Origin: Bacillota bacterium
GTDB taxonomy: Bacteria > Bacillota > Clostridia > Acetivibrionales > JANLFN01
Assembly: GCA_023421675.1 (NCBI GenBank)
Contig: JAEZTC010000011.1
Coordinates: 31,526 to 63,525, forward strand
Direction: 5' to 3'
DNA: 32,000 nt
A program made the translations under genes and the position numbers. Below the pieces are notes generated by a model. The model made no database searches, was not told the DNA's origin, and saw only the letters and a program-made list of their open reading frames with translations. Below are positions 10,166 through 19,737 of the stretch, piece after piece (positions within the stretch are counted from its first letter, which is position 1; each line of letters begins with the position of its first letter).

Positions 10166-11701
10166 TTATTCCCACTCTATAGTTGCCGGTGGTTTACTTG
10201 TAATATCATAAACAATTCTGTTCACATGCTTAACTTCATTTACAATCCTGTTTGAAACCTTCTCAAGAATATCATAGGGTATTCTTGCCCAGTCTGCAGT
10301 CATGAAATCTGTAGTAGTTACAGCCCTTAATGCTAGAGTATAGTCATAGGTTCTTTCATCTCCCATAACTCCTACACTACGCATACCTGTAAGCACGGTA
10401 AAGTATTGGTTAATATCCTTGGAAAGTCCTGAATTCTTAATTTCTTCACGGAATATATAATCGGAATCTCTTACAATTTCAAGTTTTTCCCTTGTTATAT
10501 CTCCAATTATTCTTATTGCAAGACCTGGTCCGGGGAAAGGCTGTCTCCACACTATGTCAGCCGGTATATCCAGTTCTTCTCCAACTTTCCTTACTTCATC
10601 CTTAAATAAATTACGCAGAGGTTCTATTATTTCCTTGAAGTCAACATAATCGGGAAGTCCTCCGACATTGTGATGGCTCTTTATAACAGCTGCATCACCT
10701 TTTCCGCTTTCAATTACATCAGGGTAAATTGTTCCTTGTACAAGGAAATCAACTTTTCCTATTTTTTTAGCCTCAACTTCAAATACTCTTATAAATTCCT
10801 CACCGATTATCTTTCTTTTTCTTTCAGGGTCTGTAACACCTGCAAGTTTTTCAAGGAATCTGTCCTCTACATTTGCTCTAACAAAGTTTATATCATATTG
10901 TGTAGTGAATACTTTTTCAACCTGGTCGCCTTCAAATTTCCTTAAAAGACCATGATCAACAAAAATACATGTAAGCTGTCTTCCGATAGCGCGGCTGATA
11001 AGTACAGCAGCTACAGACGAATCAACGCCGCCAGATAATGCGCAAAGTACCTTTTTATCTCCAACCTTTTCTTTTATATCTTTTATTGACTGTTCAACAA
11101 AGGATGACATCTTCCAATCACCGGAACAACCGCATACCTTAAACAGGAAGTTATTAAGAATTTCTTTTCCTTTAGGAGTATGAACAACTTCAGGATGGAA
11201 CTGTACCCCATAAAAAGATTTGTCTACATTTTCCATTGCTGCAGCAGGACAATTGTCTGAACCAGCCGATATTTTAAAGCCTTCAGGAAGCTTATTAACG
11301 AAGTAGGTATGGCTCATCCAGCATACAGTGTTACTTTCTACATCTGAAAAAAGCTTGCTGCAACAATCCAGCTTTATTTCAGCCTTTCCGTATTCTCTTT
11401 GCTCAGCCCTTTTAACTTCTCCACCCAGCATAACGCTCATAAGCTGCATTCCATAGCATATACCGAGAATCGGAACACCCAGATTAAATATTTCTTTATC
11501 ACAGAAGGGAGCATTCTTATCAAGTACTGATGCTTGTCCGCCAGTAAAAATTATTCCCTTTGGATTCATAGCTTTGATTTTATCTATTGAAGTTTTGTAT
11601 GGAACAACTTCGCAATAAACATTAGCTTCCCTGACTCTTCGTGCAATCAATTGGTTATATTGTGCTCCGAAATCAATAATGAGTACCAGTTCGTTTTTCA
11701 A
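10166..11701 (-). CDS. guaA: GMP synthase (glutamine-hydrolyzing)
   Basis: [49 protein letters not shown] and [10 protein letters not shown]-terminus. Confidence 0.98.
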   Translation of the reverse strand: MKNELVLIIDFGAQYNQLIARRVREANVYCEVVPYKTSIDKIKAMNPKGIIFTGGQASVLDKNAPFCDKEIFNLGVPILGICYGMQLMSVMLGGEVKRAEQREYGKAEIKLDCCSKLFSDVESNTVCWMSHTYFVNKLPEGFKISAGSDNCPAAAMENVDKSFYGVQFHPEVVHTPKGKEILNNFLFKVCGCSGDWKMSSFVEQSIKDIKEKVGDKKVLCALSGGVDSSVAAVLISRAIGRQLTCIFVDHGLLRKFEGDQVEKVFTTQYDINFVRANVEDRFLEKLAGVTDPERKRKIIGEEFIRVFEVEAKKIGKVDFLVQGTIYPDVIESGKGDAAVIKSHHNVGGLPDYVDFKEIIEPLRNLFKDEVRKVGEELDIPADIVWRQPFPGPGLAIRIIGDITREKLEIVRDSDYIFREEIKNSGLSKDINQYFTVLTGMRSVGVMGDERTYDYTLALRAVTTTDFMTADWARIPYDILEKVSNRIVNEVKHVNRIVYDITSKPPATIEWE

Positions 11702-11840
11702 ATTTACACCCCATTTAATCTATTTTTTAATACTTTATTAAACTAAGTAAATACATATCTTGTATACCCAAATATAATTTAATATTATACCTAATTAGAA
11801 GGTTAATGCAAAGATAAAAAACAAATATTTTAAAAAAATA

Positions 11841-11864
11841 AACCCTTCTGTAATAAGAAGGGTT
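11841..11864 (-). terminator. Intrinsic terminator downstream of the serine protease gene
   Basis: AACCCTTC-TGTAATAA-GAAGGGTT; on the minus strand followed by tattttttt. Confidence 0.85.
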
Positions 11865-11880
11865 TTAGCTTACTCTTTGA

Positions 11881-13041
11881 CTATTGAGTTACAGCACTTC
11901 CGTCTAGTATTTTCAAGACACCGTTTTCATATCCAACAAGATATGTAACCTTATAGTTTTTGGTTACTGTGGCACCATTAGCTTTTTCCTTTGCCGAAAT
12001 AGTCCCATTAACCTTAACTGCGCCGTCTGAGCCTGCAACCGCACTTATTGTCTCTACACTTACAGAATCTGTGTTTTTGAAGCCTGATTTATAAGTGTCA
12101 TAATTGGTTTTTGTCTTCCAATCTATGCCCCAAAGGAGGTACGCTGTTGCATAATCCTTGGTAGTTATGCATCCGTAAAGGTATTTGACTAATTCTTTGC
12201 TTACTTCTGTCAACTCTGTACCTGTCAGCTTCTGTGCAGAGGTTCCAACTTTAGTAGTTCCAGAGCCCGGGTTTGCAGCCCATTTATCCAGATATGTAAC
12301 ACATTGGTAAATAGGTATACTGAAACCTATACTTCCTTGATCAATGTATGCAGAATTTATACCAAGAACCTCACCATTTACACCATCTATCAGAGGTCCA
12401 CCACTACTTCCGGGGGATATTGGGGCAGATATCTGGTACACCTTATTATAGTTAAAATCGCCTATTTTAAAGTTTCTGTCCAAGCCACTTATTATACCTA
12501 TTGTTGCAGTATTCTGATAACCCAGAGGACTTCCCAATGCAATAACCTCATCACCAACCTGAGCTTTTCTGTCCTTTGCTATTTTTAATGGCTGTGTTCC
12601 CGATAATTCAGGTACTCTAACCAGTGCCACATCCAAATCTGCTCCTCGGCCTATTACTGTCCCTGAATATTCAGTTTTCGAATCTGATAGCCTTATTTTA
12701 ACCTTGGAAGCACCTTCAACAACATGAGCATTTGTAACTACGTCACCGTCATTATTGTATAGAAAACCTGAGCCTGTAACCATTCCTTCATCTGTATCAA
12801 CTTCAATAAAGAATACTTGTTTCTGGCATTCGGTTATTATATCTTTTTTTGACTTTGTAACAGAAGTAGTCACAGGTGCTGTAGTTGTATTTTCATTAAG
12901 CGCCATTAGCTTGGATGGGGTTCCACCCTTTTGCTTATCAAATTTTTTATTTAAAGATAAATGTACAATCAAACCTGAAACCAAGATCAATACAGAAAGC
13001 CCTATACTGATAATAAGATATAAAGTTTTTTTATTCTTCAT
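11881..13041 (-). CDS. Membrane-anchored trypsin-like (HtrA/DegP-type) serine protease lacking an obvious PDZ domain
   Basis: N-terminal TM segment; catalytic motifs VVTNAHVV (His), DLDVALVRV (Asp) and SPGSSGGPLID (Ser); C-terminal ~110 aa not recognised as PDZ. Confidence 0.9.
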   Translation of the reverse strand: MKNKKTLYLIISIGLSVLILVSGLIVHLSLNKKFDKQKGGTPSKLMALNENTTTAPVTTSVTKSKKDIITECQKQVFFIEVDTDEGMVTGSGFLYNNDGDVVTNAHVVEGASKVKIRLSDSKTEYSGTVIGRGADLDVALVRVPELSGTQPLKIAKDRKAQVGDEVIALGSPLGYQNTATIGIISGLDRNFKIGDFNYNKVYQISAPISPGSSGGPLIDGVNGEVLGINSAYIDQGSIGFSIPIYQCVTYLDKWAANPGSGTTKVGTSAQKLTGTELTEVSKELVKYLYGCITTKDYATAYLLWGIDWKTKTNYDTYKSGFKNTDSVSVETISAVAGSDGAVKVNGTISAKEKANGATVTKNYKVTYLVGYENGVLKILDGSAVTQ

Positions 13042-13073
13042 GGATTTTCCCCTTATAAGAATCTAAATTAATT

Positions 13074-14489
13074 CTATTCATCCTCGTTATAACTGTCAAA
13101 GTTATTACCAGTATCATAATATTCTTCATCGTCGCCTTGTTCATAGCTAGCGTCTTCTGCCTGAATATACACCAAGCCAACCGGCCTTACATAGACCTTG
13201 GACGAATTGTTATACTTATATGTAAATGATGTGCTGCTGTTTGAACCTAATTCAGCTGGACTGCAAAGAACTGTAACCTGATCAGTAATATTTCCTGTTT
13301 CATCATAAACCTTTAAAAGAACCCTTACATTATAGTATTCCTGGCTACCGCTGTTAACAACCTTTCCAGAGATTCGGCCATTGCTGTCCAGTACAGGTTG
13401 AGATATGGTTGCAGTAATGTCCCCTTCAGTTATTTCTTTTTCCCTGCTTAAAATGCCGCTGGATATTTTTTTAAGACTTGCTTCATAATCGTCCTTTTTT
13501 TTCTGAAAATCATTCTTTAAATCTGCTATTTTCTTGCTTTCGGTAACATATCTTAAAGCAAAATTAAGTTCTTCTAGCTCGGCGTTATAATCTTTACTTT
13601 TTAAAGCTGCTTTAGCATTAGCTGCAGCAAGCTCTTCAATCTTGGTCTTTAATTCTTCCGAAACCTTTATTGCTTCAGGTGTATTTATAGCAGCTGCTGC
13701 CTTATATACAGGGCAAAGCTGATCTATGCTTTTCATAGAACTAGCATTATCCTTAAGCTGCATTACATTTATGAATGCCTTTTTATTTTCAACAATTTTG
13801 GAGAATACCTTTTTAAAAACCTCATTATCCTTATTTATTTCTTCAACTGTTTTACTAAGGCCAGCCAAGGCTTCCTTGTAATTCTTTTGTTTTATGAGGT
13901 CATCAACATCTTTCAACGCGTCAGATATTTTATCACCTTTTTTAAGTATATTCTCATCATCCTTTAATTCAGGATAATCAGGATTTAAATCCAGAGCCTC
14001 AGCGATTAGCTTTGATGCTTCCTCCAGATTACCTTCAAGTGCCGCATTTTCTGCCCTTAATTTCAAGTCCTCCACTTTGTCGTCTTTACTCTTTGCACTT
14101 GAGTAAAATATAAGTACAAAAGCAGCTATCAGAACAGCAGTAACAGCAGGAATAAGCCATACCATCCACAATCGTGATTTTTGCCCCGGATAAACAGGTC
14201 CGAAATTCTCCTGTAACGGAGGCATTTGATTATAGGGCGGCATTGGAGGAAATTGTGATGGCGGAGGCTGCATCTGCATTACGGGAGCTGACTCTTGCTG
14301 TGTTGAATACGCTGATTGTATGGAAGCAGCTACAGGTACTTCAGATGTATTTTGATCTATATTTTCTTCAAAGTATGTATTTTGATGAAAGTTGGCATTA
14401 TCGGTGGGTGTTGCTTCTACTTTACATCCACAGCTTCTGCAGAAATGATCATATGGCTCTACATAAGAATTACAGTTAGGGCAGATCAT
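13074..14489 (-). CDS. Zinc-ribbon membrane protein with coiled-coil/TPR-like region and C-terminal FxLYD-like domain
   Basis: MICPNCNSYVEPYDHFCRSCGCK zinc ribbon; TM segment LWMVWLIPAVTAVLIAAFVLIFY; C-terminal SGKVVNSGSQEYYNVRVLLKVYDETG resembling FxLYD. Confidence 0.75.
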   Translation of the reverse strand: MICPNCNSYVEPYDHFCRSCGCKVEATPTDNANFHQNTYFEENIDQNTSEVPVAASIQSAYSTQQESAPVMQMQPPPSQFPPMPPYNQMPPLQENFGPVYPGQKSRLWMVWLIPAVTAVLIAAFVLIFYSSAKSKDDKVEDLKLRAENAALEGNLEEASKLIAEALDLNPDYPELKDDENILKKGDKISDALKDVDDLIKQKNYKEALAGLSKTVEEINKDNEVFKKVFSKIVENKKAFINVMQLKDNASSMKSIDQLCPVYKAAAAINTPEAIKVSEELKTKIEELAAANAKAALKSKDYNAELEELNFALRYVTESKKIADLKNDFQKKKDDYEASLKKISSGILSREKEITEGDITATISQPVLDSNGRISGKVVNSGSQEYYNVRVLLKVYDETGNITDQVTVLCSPAELGSNSSTSFTYKYNNSSKVYVRPVGLVYIQAEDASYEQGDDEEYYDTGNNFDSYNEDE

Positions 14490-14618
14490 ATATATATAAA
14501 CCTCACTTTTAAAAAATAAAAAAAATTCAATACTATTTCATTTTACAATAGACAAATAGTAACTTCAATAATTATTCAATAATATGCAAATTTTATAAGT
14601 AAAGTACAACAATTATAA

Positions 14619-15551
14619 TTATATGCAGGCTGATCCATTAAGATAGTTAAATTTCTTACCCTGAAAACGTTCTTCTGTACTCATTTTTTCTTCTATCATA
14701 TCACGCAATTTCCACCAGCTGAGTCCCCAGTTGCAGAAGCTGGTTCTTTCTTGGGGTGCTCTGCCCATAAGTCTCTGAATAACAATTTCGGGGTTTAGGT
14801 ATTCTAGGAAGGTAATAATACGTTCAATATAATCATCAACAGAAATCGGCTTAATTGCACCGCTTTGATACATTTGATCAAGAACTGTATCCTTTAGAAT
14901 ATATAAGGAGTGACATTTAACCTGGCTGACATTCAAAGCTGAAAGAATCTTTGCTCCCTCAATGACATCATCCATATCATCTGTTGGAAAATCAACTATA
15001 TAATGTGCACAAACCTCTAAGTTACTTGAATTAAGAGTATTTGCAGCATCAATAAACTCTGCAAGTGAATGGCCTCTGTTCATTATTTTTAATGATTTGT
15101 AATTTACAGTCTGAAGCCCCAATTCAACAACTATATCAATGTTTCGGTATTCCTTTACTTTCTTAAGCATTAAAGCACAGTCATTACTTATACAATCTGG
15201 ACGTGTTGAAATATAAATGGCCTCAATATCTTCCAAACATGCTTCCAATATATATTCTTCAAGTTTTTTAACAGGCAGATAGGTGTTACTGTAATTTTGA
15301 AAATATGCAATGAACTTGTCTGAGCCATAATTTTTCCTGATATATTGGGAATTGGCAGCAATTTGTTGTCTTACGCTAATAGTACTAGGAAGACATTCAA
15401 AGCCCGCCCCCTCTTCCCCACAAAATATACATCCTGCAGCACTGAGTCTTCCATCGCGGTTTGGACAAGTTACTGGTATATTGACCGGAAGTTTGTATAC
15501 CTTTGTTCCATATCGTTTTTTTAGGTATTCGGAAAACTTATTATACAGCAA
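14619..15551 (-). CDS. Radical SAM protein, YhcC/TIGR01212-like
   Basis: PVTCPNRDGRLSAAGCIFCGEEGAGF Fe-S cluster motif; ELGLQTVNYKSLKIMNRGH; HYIVDFPTDD. Confidence 0.88.
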   Translation of the reverse strand: MLYNKFSEYLKKRYGTKVYKLPVNIPVTCPNRDGRLSAAGCIFCGEEGAGFECLPSTISVRQQIAANSQYIRKNYGSDKFIAYFQNYSNTYLPVKKLEEYILEACLEDIEAIYISTRPDCISNDCALMLKKVKEYRNIDIVVELGLQTVNYKSLKIMNRGHSLAEFIDAANTLNSSNLEVCAHYIVDFPTDDMDDVIEGAKILSALNVSQVKCHSLYILKDTVLDQMYQSGAIKPISVDDYIERIITFLEYLNPEIVIQRLMGRAPQERTSFCNWGLSWWKLRDMIEEKMSTEERFQGKKFNYLNGSACI

Positions 15552-15567
15552 AAATTATTGCACCTCT

Positions 15568-16995
15568 TTATAGTAAATCCTTTGAGCTTTCATTAACAAT
15601 TTGATATATTTCCCGCAGTGGTAATCCTGTTGTTTCAGCTATTTTTCTGCAATCATCATATTCCGGTGAAAGTTTTGAAAAATCCTTTCCCTTTGAAACT
15701 TTTACCCTTACCTCCCCGAATTGAGTATTAATCTTCATAATTTCTCTATCAAGGCAGTACCGCTTTAAGCTGCTTTTTCGTATTCCAAGAGTTGTTGTTT
15801 CCTTCAGCAGCAAATCAACTGCAGCCTGTTCGTTTTCTCTGTTTACAAGTACTGTAATCATAGTTGCGGGGCGGTTTTTCTTCATATATATTGGAGTAAG
15901 AAAAACATCAAGAGCGCCGACACCAAAAAGCCTTTCCATAGTGTAGCCTAAAATTTCAGAACTTATATCATCAATATTTGTTTCAAGCTTTATTATTTCA
16001 TCATTAATTTCGTTTTTATCGTCTAAAGAACCCAATACTACACGAAGAGCATTAAACCTTCCGGTATCTCTTTTCCCTGCTCCATATCCGACTTTTTCAA
16101 TTGAAAGTTCAGGAATATTGCCGAAACTGCAAGCAATTGTTTTAATTATTCCCATTCCTGTCGGAGTAACCATTTCGGTTTGAACATCCTCCGATATTAA
16201 GGGTATACCGCTTCCTGCAAGCATTTCCATAACTGCAGGAACAGGTACCGGAATAGTACCGTGCTGACATTCTATAAACCCTTTTCCATCATGAAGAGGT
16301 GAGGAATAAACCTTCTTCACACCCAAAGCATCAAGACAAATAGCGGTTCCCACAATATCTACAATAGAATCAATTGCACCCACTTCGTGGAATGTTACAT
16401 TTTCAACCTCCATGTTATGTACTTTAGCTTCGGCTCCGGCTATTTCACGAAAAATCCTTTTGCTCAAGTCCTTAACATTCTGGCTGAGATCACTCCATTC
16501 TATCATCATTTCTATTGTCTTAAGATTGCGCATTGAATGGCTGTGGGAATGAGGATGCGAATGGTCGTGTGTATGGGTATGACCATGGCTGTGTTCATGT
16601 TCATGTCCGTGGTCGTGATGATGGCTATGATTATCATCATGGTTATGTTCGTGATTATGGACAGAATCTTCATGGTCATGGCTGTATTCCTGTCCGTGCT
16701 CATCTATATGTACATGAGTATGAGCCTTATGAGCCAGCTCATGCTCGTACATTTCCTTTTGATGCTTTTCAAACTTTTCTTCAAGCTTTTTATAGTCTTC
16801 AGTTATAATCACATTTACATCAGTGCAGGTTATCCCGCTTTTTGATTTTGTTCCTATCACTATCTCATAACCTGTAAGATTAAGCTTTGACAATTCCTTT
16901 AAAAACAAATCCTTATCTATTCCCAAATCCAGTAATGCTCCAAGAGTCATGTCTCCGCTGATTCCAGAAAAACAGTCAAAATATAAAATCTTCAT
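15568..16995 (-). CDS. larC: Nickel-pincer cofactor biosynthesis protein LarC, single full-length ORF
   Basis: ILYFDCFSGISGDMTLGALLDLG, ETNIDDISSEILG, and a long His-rich segment (HSHHHDHGHEHEHSHGHTHTHDHSHPHSHSHS). Confidence 0.95.
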   Translation of the reverse strand: MKILYFDCFSGISGDMTLGALLDLGIDKDLFLKELSKLNLTGYEIVIGTKSKSGITCTDVNVIITEDYKKLEEKFEKHQKEMYEHELAHKAHTHVHIDEHGQEYSHDHEDSVHNHEHNHDDNHSHHHDHGHEHEHSHGHTHTHDHSHPHSHSHSMRNLKTIEMMIEWSDLSQNVKDLSKRIFREIAGAEAKVHNMEVENVTFHEVGAIDSIVDIVGTAICLDALGVKKVYSSPLHDGKGFIECQHGTIPVPVPAVMEMLAGSGIPLISEDVQTEMVTPTGMGIIKTIACSFGNIPELSIEKVGYGAGKRDTGRFNALRVVLGSLDDKNEINDEIIKLETNIDDISSEILGYTMERLFGVGALDVFLTPIYMKKNRPATMITVLVNRENEQAAVDLLLKETTTLGIRKSSLKRYCLDREIMKINTQFGEVRVKVSKGKDFSKLSPEYDDCRKIAETTGLPLREIYQIVNESSKDLL

Positions 16996-17023
16996 ATATC
17001 CACCCTATATAATCCTTATATAA

Positions 17024-17770
17024 TTAAATTTGGTTAATCGTACTTGCAAGATACCCTGCCCCAAAACCATTATCAATATTAACGACGCCTATTCCGCTTG
17101 CACAGCTGTTGAGCATTGTGAGCAGAGCTGCCAGTCCACCGAAATTGGCACCATAACCTACGCTTGTAGGTACTGCTATGACAGGCTTATCAACCAGACC
17201 TCCTACAACACTTGCCAAAGCCCCTTCCATTCCGGCTACAACAATAAGTACATTGGCTCTCATAATTGCGTCCATGTTTGAAAAAAGCCTATGTATACCT
17301 GCCACACCAACATCATACAATCTTTCTACTTTATTACCCATTGTTTCTGCAGTTACCGCTGCTTCCTCCGCAACAGGAATATCGGATGTACCTGCAGTTA
17401 CAACTGCAATTACTTTATCGGTAAGAGTTATGTCCCTTCTTTTAACTACAACTATTCTTGCTGCTTCATAATATACCGCATCGTCGGTAACTTCTTTTAT
17501 TGCTTCAAATACTTCCTTACCAGCTCTGGTAGCCATAATGTTATTTTCTCTTTGCATAAGTCTTTCAACAATCGCCTTGATTTGTTGAACTGTTTTACCC
17601 TGACAATATATTACTTCAGGATACCCATTTCTTATTTTTCTATGATGATCAACCTTTGCAAATCCCAGATCTTCAAACGGTTCACTCTTTAATTTGATCA
17701 ATGCCTCATCTATGCTGACATTTCCGTCCTTTATACCCTGAAGAACAGATTTTAGATTTTCCGAATTCAT
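17024..17770 (-). CDS. larB: Nickel-pincer cofactor biosynthesis protein LarB
   Basis: [63 protein letters not shown]. Start at 17770 preferred over the track's 17779 (GTG), given GGGAGAG placement. Confidence 0.94.
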   Translation of the reverse strand: MNSENLKSVLQGIKDGNVSIDEALIKLKSEPFEDLGFAKVDHHRKIRNGYPEVIYCQGKTVQQIKAIVERLMQRENNIMATRAGKEVFEAIKEVTDDAVYYEAARIVVVKRRDITLTDKVIAVVTAGTSDIPVAEEAAVTAETMGNKVERLYDVGVAGIHRLFSNMDAIMRANVLIVVAGMEGALASVVGGLVDKPVIAVPTSVGYGANFGGLAALLTMLNSCASGIGVVNIDNGFGAGYLASTINQI

Positions 17771-17775
17771 ATTTA

Positions 17776-18633
17776 TCACTCTCCCAACCGTTTAATAAGC
17801 TCGGCCTTTTCTTCATCTATTTTTTTACCCTTTATGGCAATACCTACTGTATGTTTTAAAAGAATTTTATATAAGTCCAAATTTTCAGGATTCTTTTTTG
17901 CGATCTGCTCCAAATGACTTTCTACTGTTTTATTGTCTCCTCTTGAAATGGGCCCTGTAAGAGCATTAACGCTTCCAAGAACAGCTATGTTTTCAACAGT
18001 ATGTTTTATTAAAGGTTCAAAGGCTGTTAATGCAATACTCTTGTCTATACCTGCTCTCTCAAGCATATTTTCTGCTGCATAAGAAAGAGTTACCATATAA
18101 TTTGAAAGAATACATGCAGCCGCATGATAAAGTGTTTTGGATTCCTTTGAGATTATAATAAGCTTTGAATTAAGTGAATTTACAATTCTTTGACTTATAA
18201 TATTTGCTTCATGGTCGCCTTCGAAGCTAAAGTATATATTGCTCAACCCAATAAAGCCTTGGACCCTATCAGCAAAAGTCTGTATAGGGTGAAGTGATCC
18301 TACTGTAGCACCCAAATCCCTAAGGGGTTGTATAATATCAGAGGTTTCTGCCCCACTGCAGTGAAGAAAAGTCTTACCTTTAACATTGCCAATGCCTTCA
18401 ATGGTATTTACAACAGGTAAAAGCTCCATGTCAGGAACAGTAAGAAATATAACCTCTGAGTTATTTACCGCAGTAGTAATATCATTAGGTACTTCCATTC
18501 CAAGCAATTTATTAAGGAATAAGGCTGATTCCTTACTCCTGCTATAAATTCCGCCAATCTCATGTTTCTTTTTATATAAGCCAAGTGCAAGCGAACATCC
18601 AACTTTTCCTGCACCAACAATACCGATTCTCAT
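17776..18633 (-). CDS. Rossmann-fold / DUF2520-domain oxidoreductase-like protein
   Basis: N-terminal [33 protein letters not shown] dinucleotide-binding motif; [12 protein letters not shown] and [15 protein letters not shown] typical of DUF2520 proteins. Confidence 0.9.
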   Translation of the reverse strand: MRIGIVGAGKVGCSLALGLYKKKHEIGGIYSRSKESALFLNKLLGMEVPNDITTAVNNSEVIFLTVPDMELLPVVNTIEGIGNVKGKTFLHCSGAETSDIIQPLRDLGATVGSLHPIQTFADRVQGFIGLSNIYFSFEGDHEANIISQRIVNSLNSKLIIISKESKTLYHAAACILSNYMVTLSYAAENMLERAGIDKSIALTAFEPLIKHTVENIAVLGSVNALTGPISRGDNKTVESHLEQIAKKNPENLDLYKILLKHTVGIAIKGKKIDEEKAELIKRLGE

Positions 18634-18646
18634 TAAACGGCACCGC

Positions 18647-19456
18647 CTATTTATTGATGGTTTCGTTCATGCTTCCTGTTCTGTAGCCCTTCAAATCAAG
18701 TGATACATATGTAAAACCAAGACTTTTAAGATAATCGTATACCTTATCCATTAAATCAATATCAAAGAACTTGCTGCGTTCACCGGATGCAACCTCTATT
18801 CTTGCAAGTTCGCCGTGATGACGTACTCTTAAATGTCTGAAACCCAAATCAAGCAGGAATTGTTCAGCTTTATCAATTGTGTCCAGTTTATCCTTTGTTA
18901 TTTGCTGTCCATAAGGAATTCTTGATGCAAGGCAGGCAAAAGGCTGTTTATCCCAGGTCGGCAAGTTCATTTGTTTTGATAAGTCTCTTATATCCTGCTT
19001 GGTAAGCCCCGCTTCTTTCAATGGACTTTTAATTCCAAGTTCCTGAAGAGCCTGCATGCCCGGCCTATAATCACCTGTATCATCAATGTTCGAACCATCA
19101 ATAACATAGTTTAGATTATTCTTTTTAGCTATATCACAAATTTTTGTATATAATTCTTTCTTACAGTAATAGCACCTGTTTACCGGATTTCCTGAAAAGC
19201 CGTCTATTTCAAGCTCTTCTGAAACAATCGGGTAATGCTTTATTCCCAAACCTGTTACAAAACTTACTGATTCCCTGAACTCTCTCTCAGGATATGTAGA
19301 TGAACGGGCTGTTATTGCAATTACATTATCTTTAAGGACATCATGTGCTACCTTGAGCAGAAATGTACTGTCAACTCCGCCTGAAAAGGCAACCGCGACA
19401 CTTTCCATTTCTTGCAGCTGTTTTTTTAATATTTCAAGTTTATCTTTTAATTCCAT
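18647..19456 (-). CDS. larE: ATP-dependent sacrificial sulfur transferase LarE
   Basis: VAVAFSGGVDSTFLLKVA (PP-loop), YYCKKELY, VIDGSNIDDTGDYRPG, ACLASRIPYG. Start at the ATG (19456), SD GGAG upstream. Confidence 0.94.
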   Translation of the reverse strand: MELKDKLEILKKQLQEMESVAVAFSGGVDSTFLLKVAHDVLKDNVIAITARSSTYPEREFRESVSFVTGLGIKHYPIVSEELEIDGFSGNPVNRCYYCKKELYTKICDIAKKNNLNYVIDGSNIDDTGDYRPGMQALQELGIKSPLKEAGLTKQDIRDLSKQMNLPTWDKQPFACLASRIPYGQQITKDKLDTIDKAEQFLLDLGFRHLRVRHHGELARIEVASGERSKFFDIDLMDKVYDYLKSLGFTYVSLDLKGYRTGSMNETINK

Positions 19457-19737
19457 TTTAAACACTCCAATTTTTTATTTACGCTAAAGAATATAAACAA
19501 GACCTTTACCGCAATTTTTCGAAATACTTTGTTCTAATAATAACACATTTTTAAACAAATTAAAGGTAATTAATTGACATTTTTTTTGCAAAACAATACA
19601 CATGGTTTATGTACAATATTTTAACTTAATATTTCACTTATTTTACAACTCCTTTACATTTATTGTCCATATAGTGGCATTCTGCTATGATAAAGAAAAT
19701 AGCAATGTTTGGTTGTCTTTAAAGGAGTATTTCTTTT

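Noticed and set aside
16560-16712. Apparent low-complexity nucleotide repeat (catggtcatg...gtgatta)
   Set aside because: It is explained by degenerate His/Asp/Ser/Glu codon repeats in the LarC metal-binding segment; no CRISPR-like fixed repeat/spacer periodicity.
16533-16845. Met/Val-rich plus-strand ORFs (MAVGMRMRMVVCMGMTMAV...) and the minus-strand 63-aa ORF opposite or within larC
   Set aside because: Their odd composition is the antisense or frame-shifted shadow of the LarC histidine-rich CAT/GAC repeats, not a real membrane peptide.
19574-19602. Possible promoter TTGACA-17-TACACA upstream of the secreted-protein gene
   Set aside because: The -35 is perfect but the -10 matches consensus poorly, so it is not listed as a feature without start-site data.
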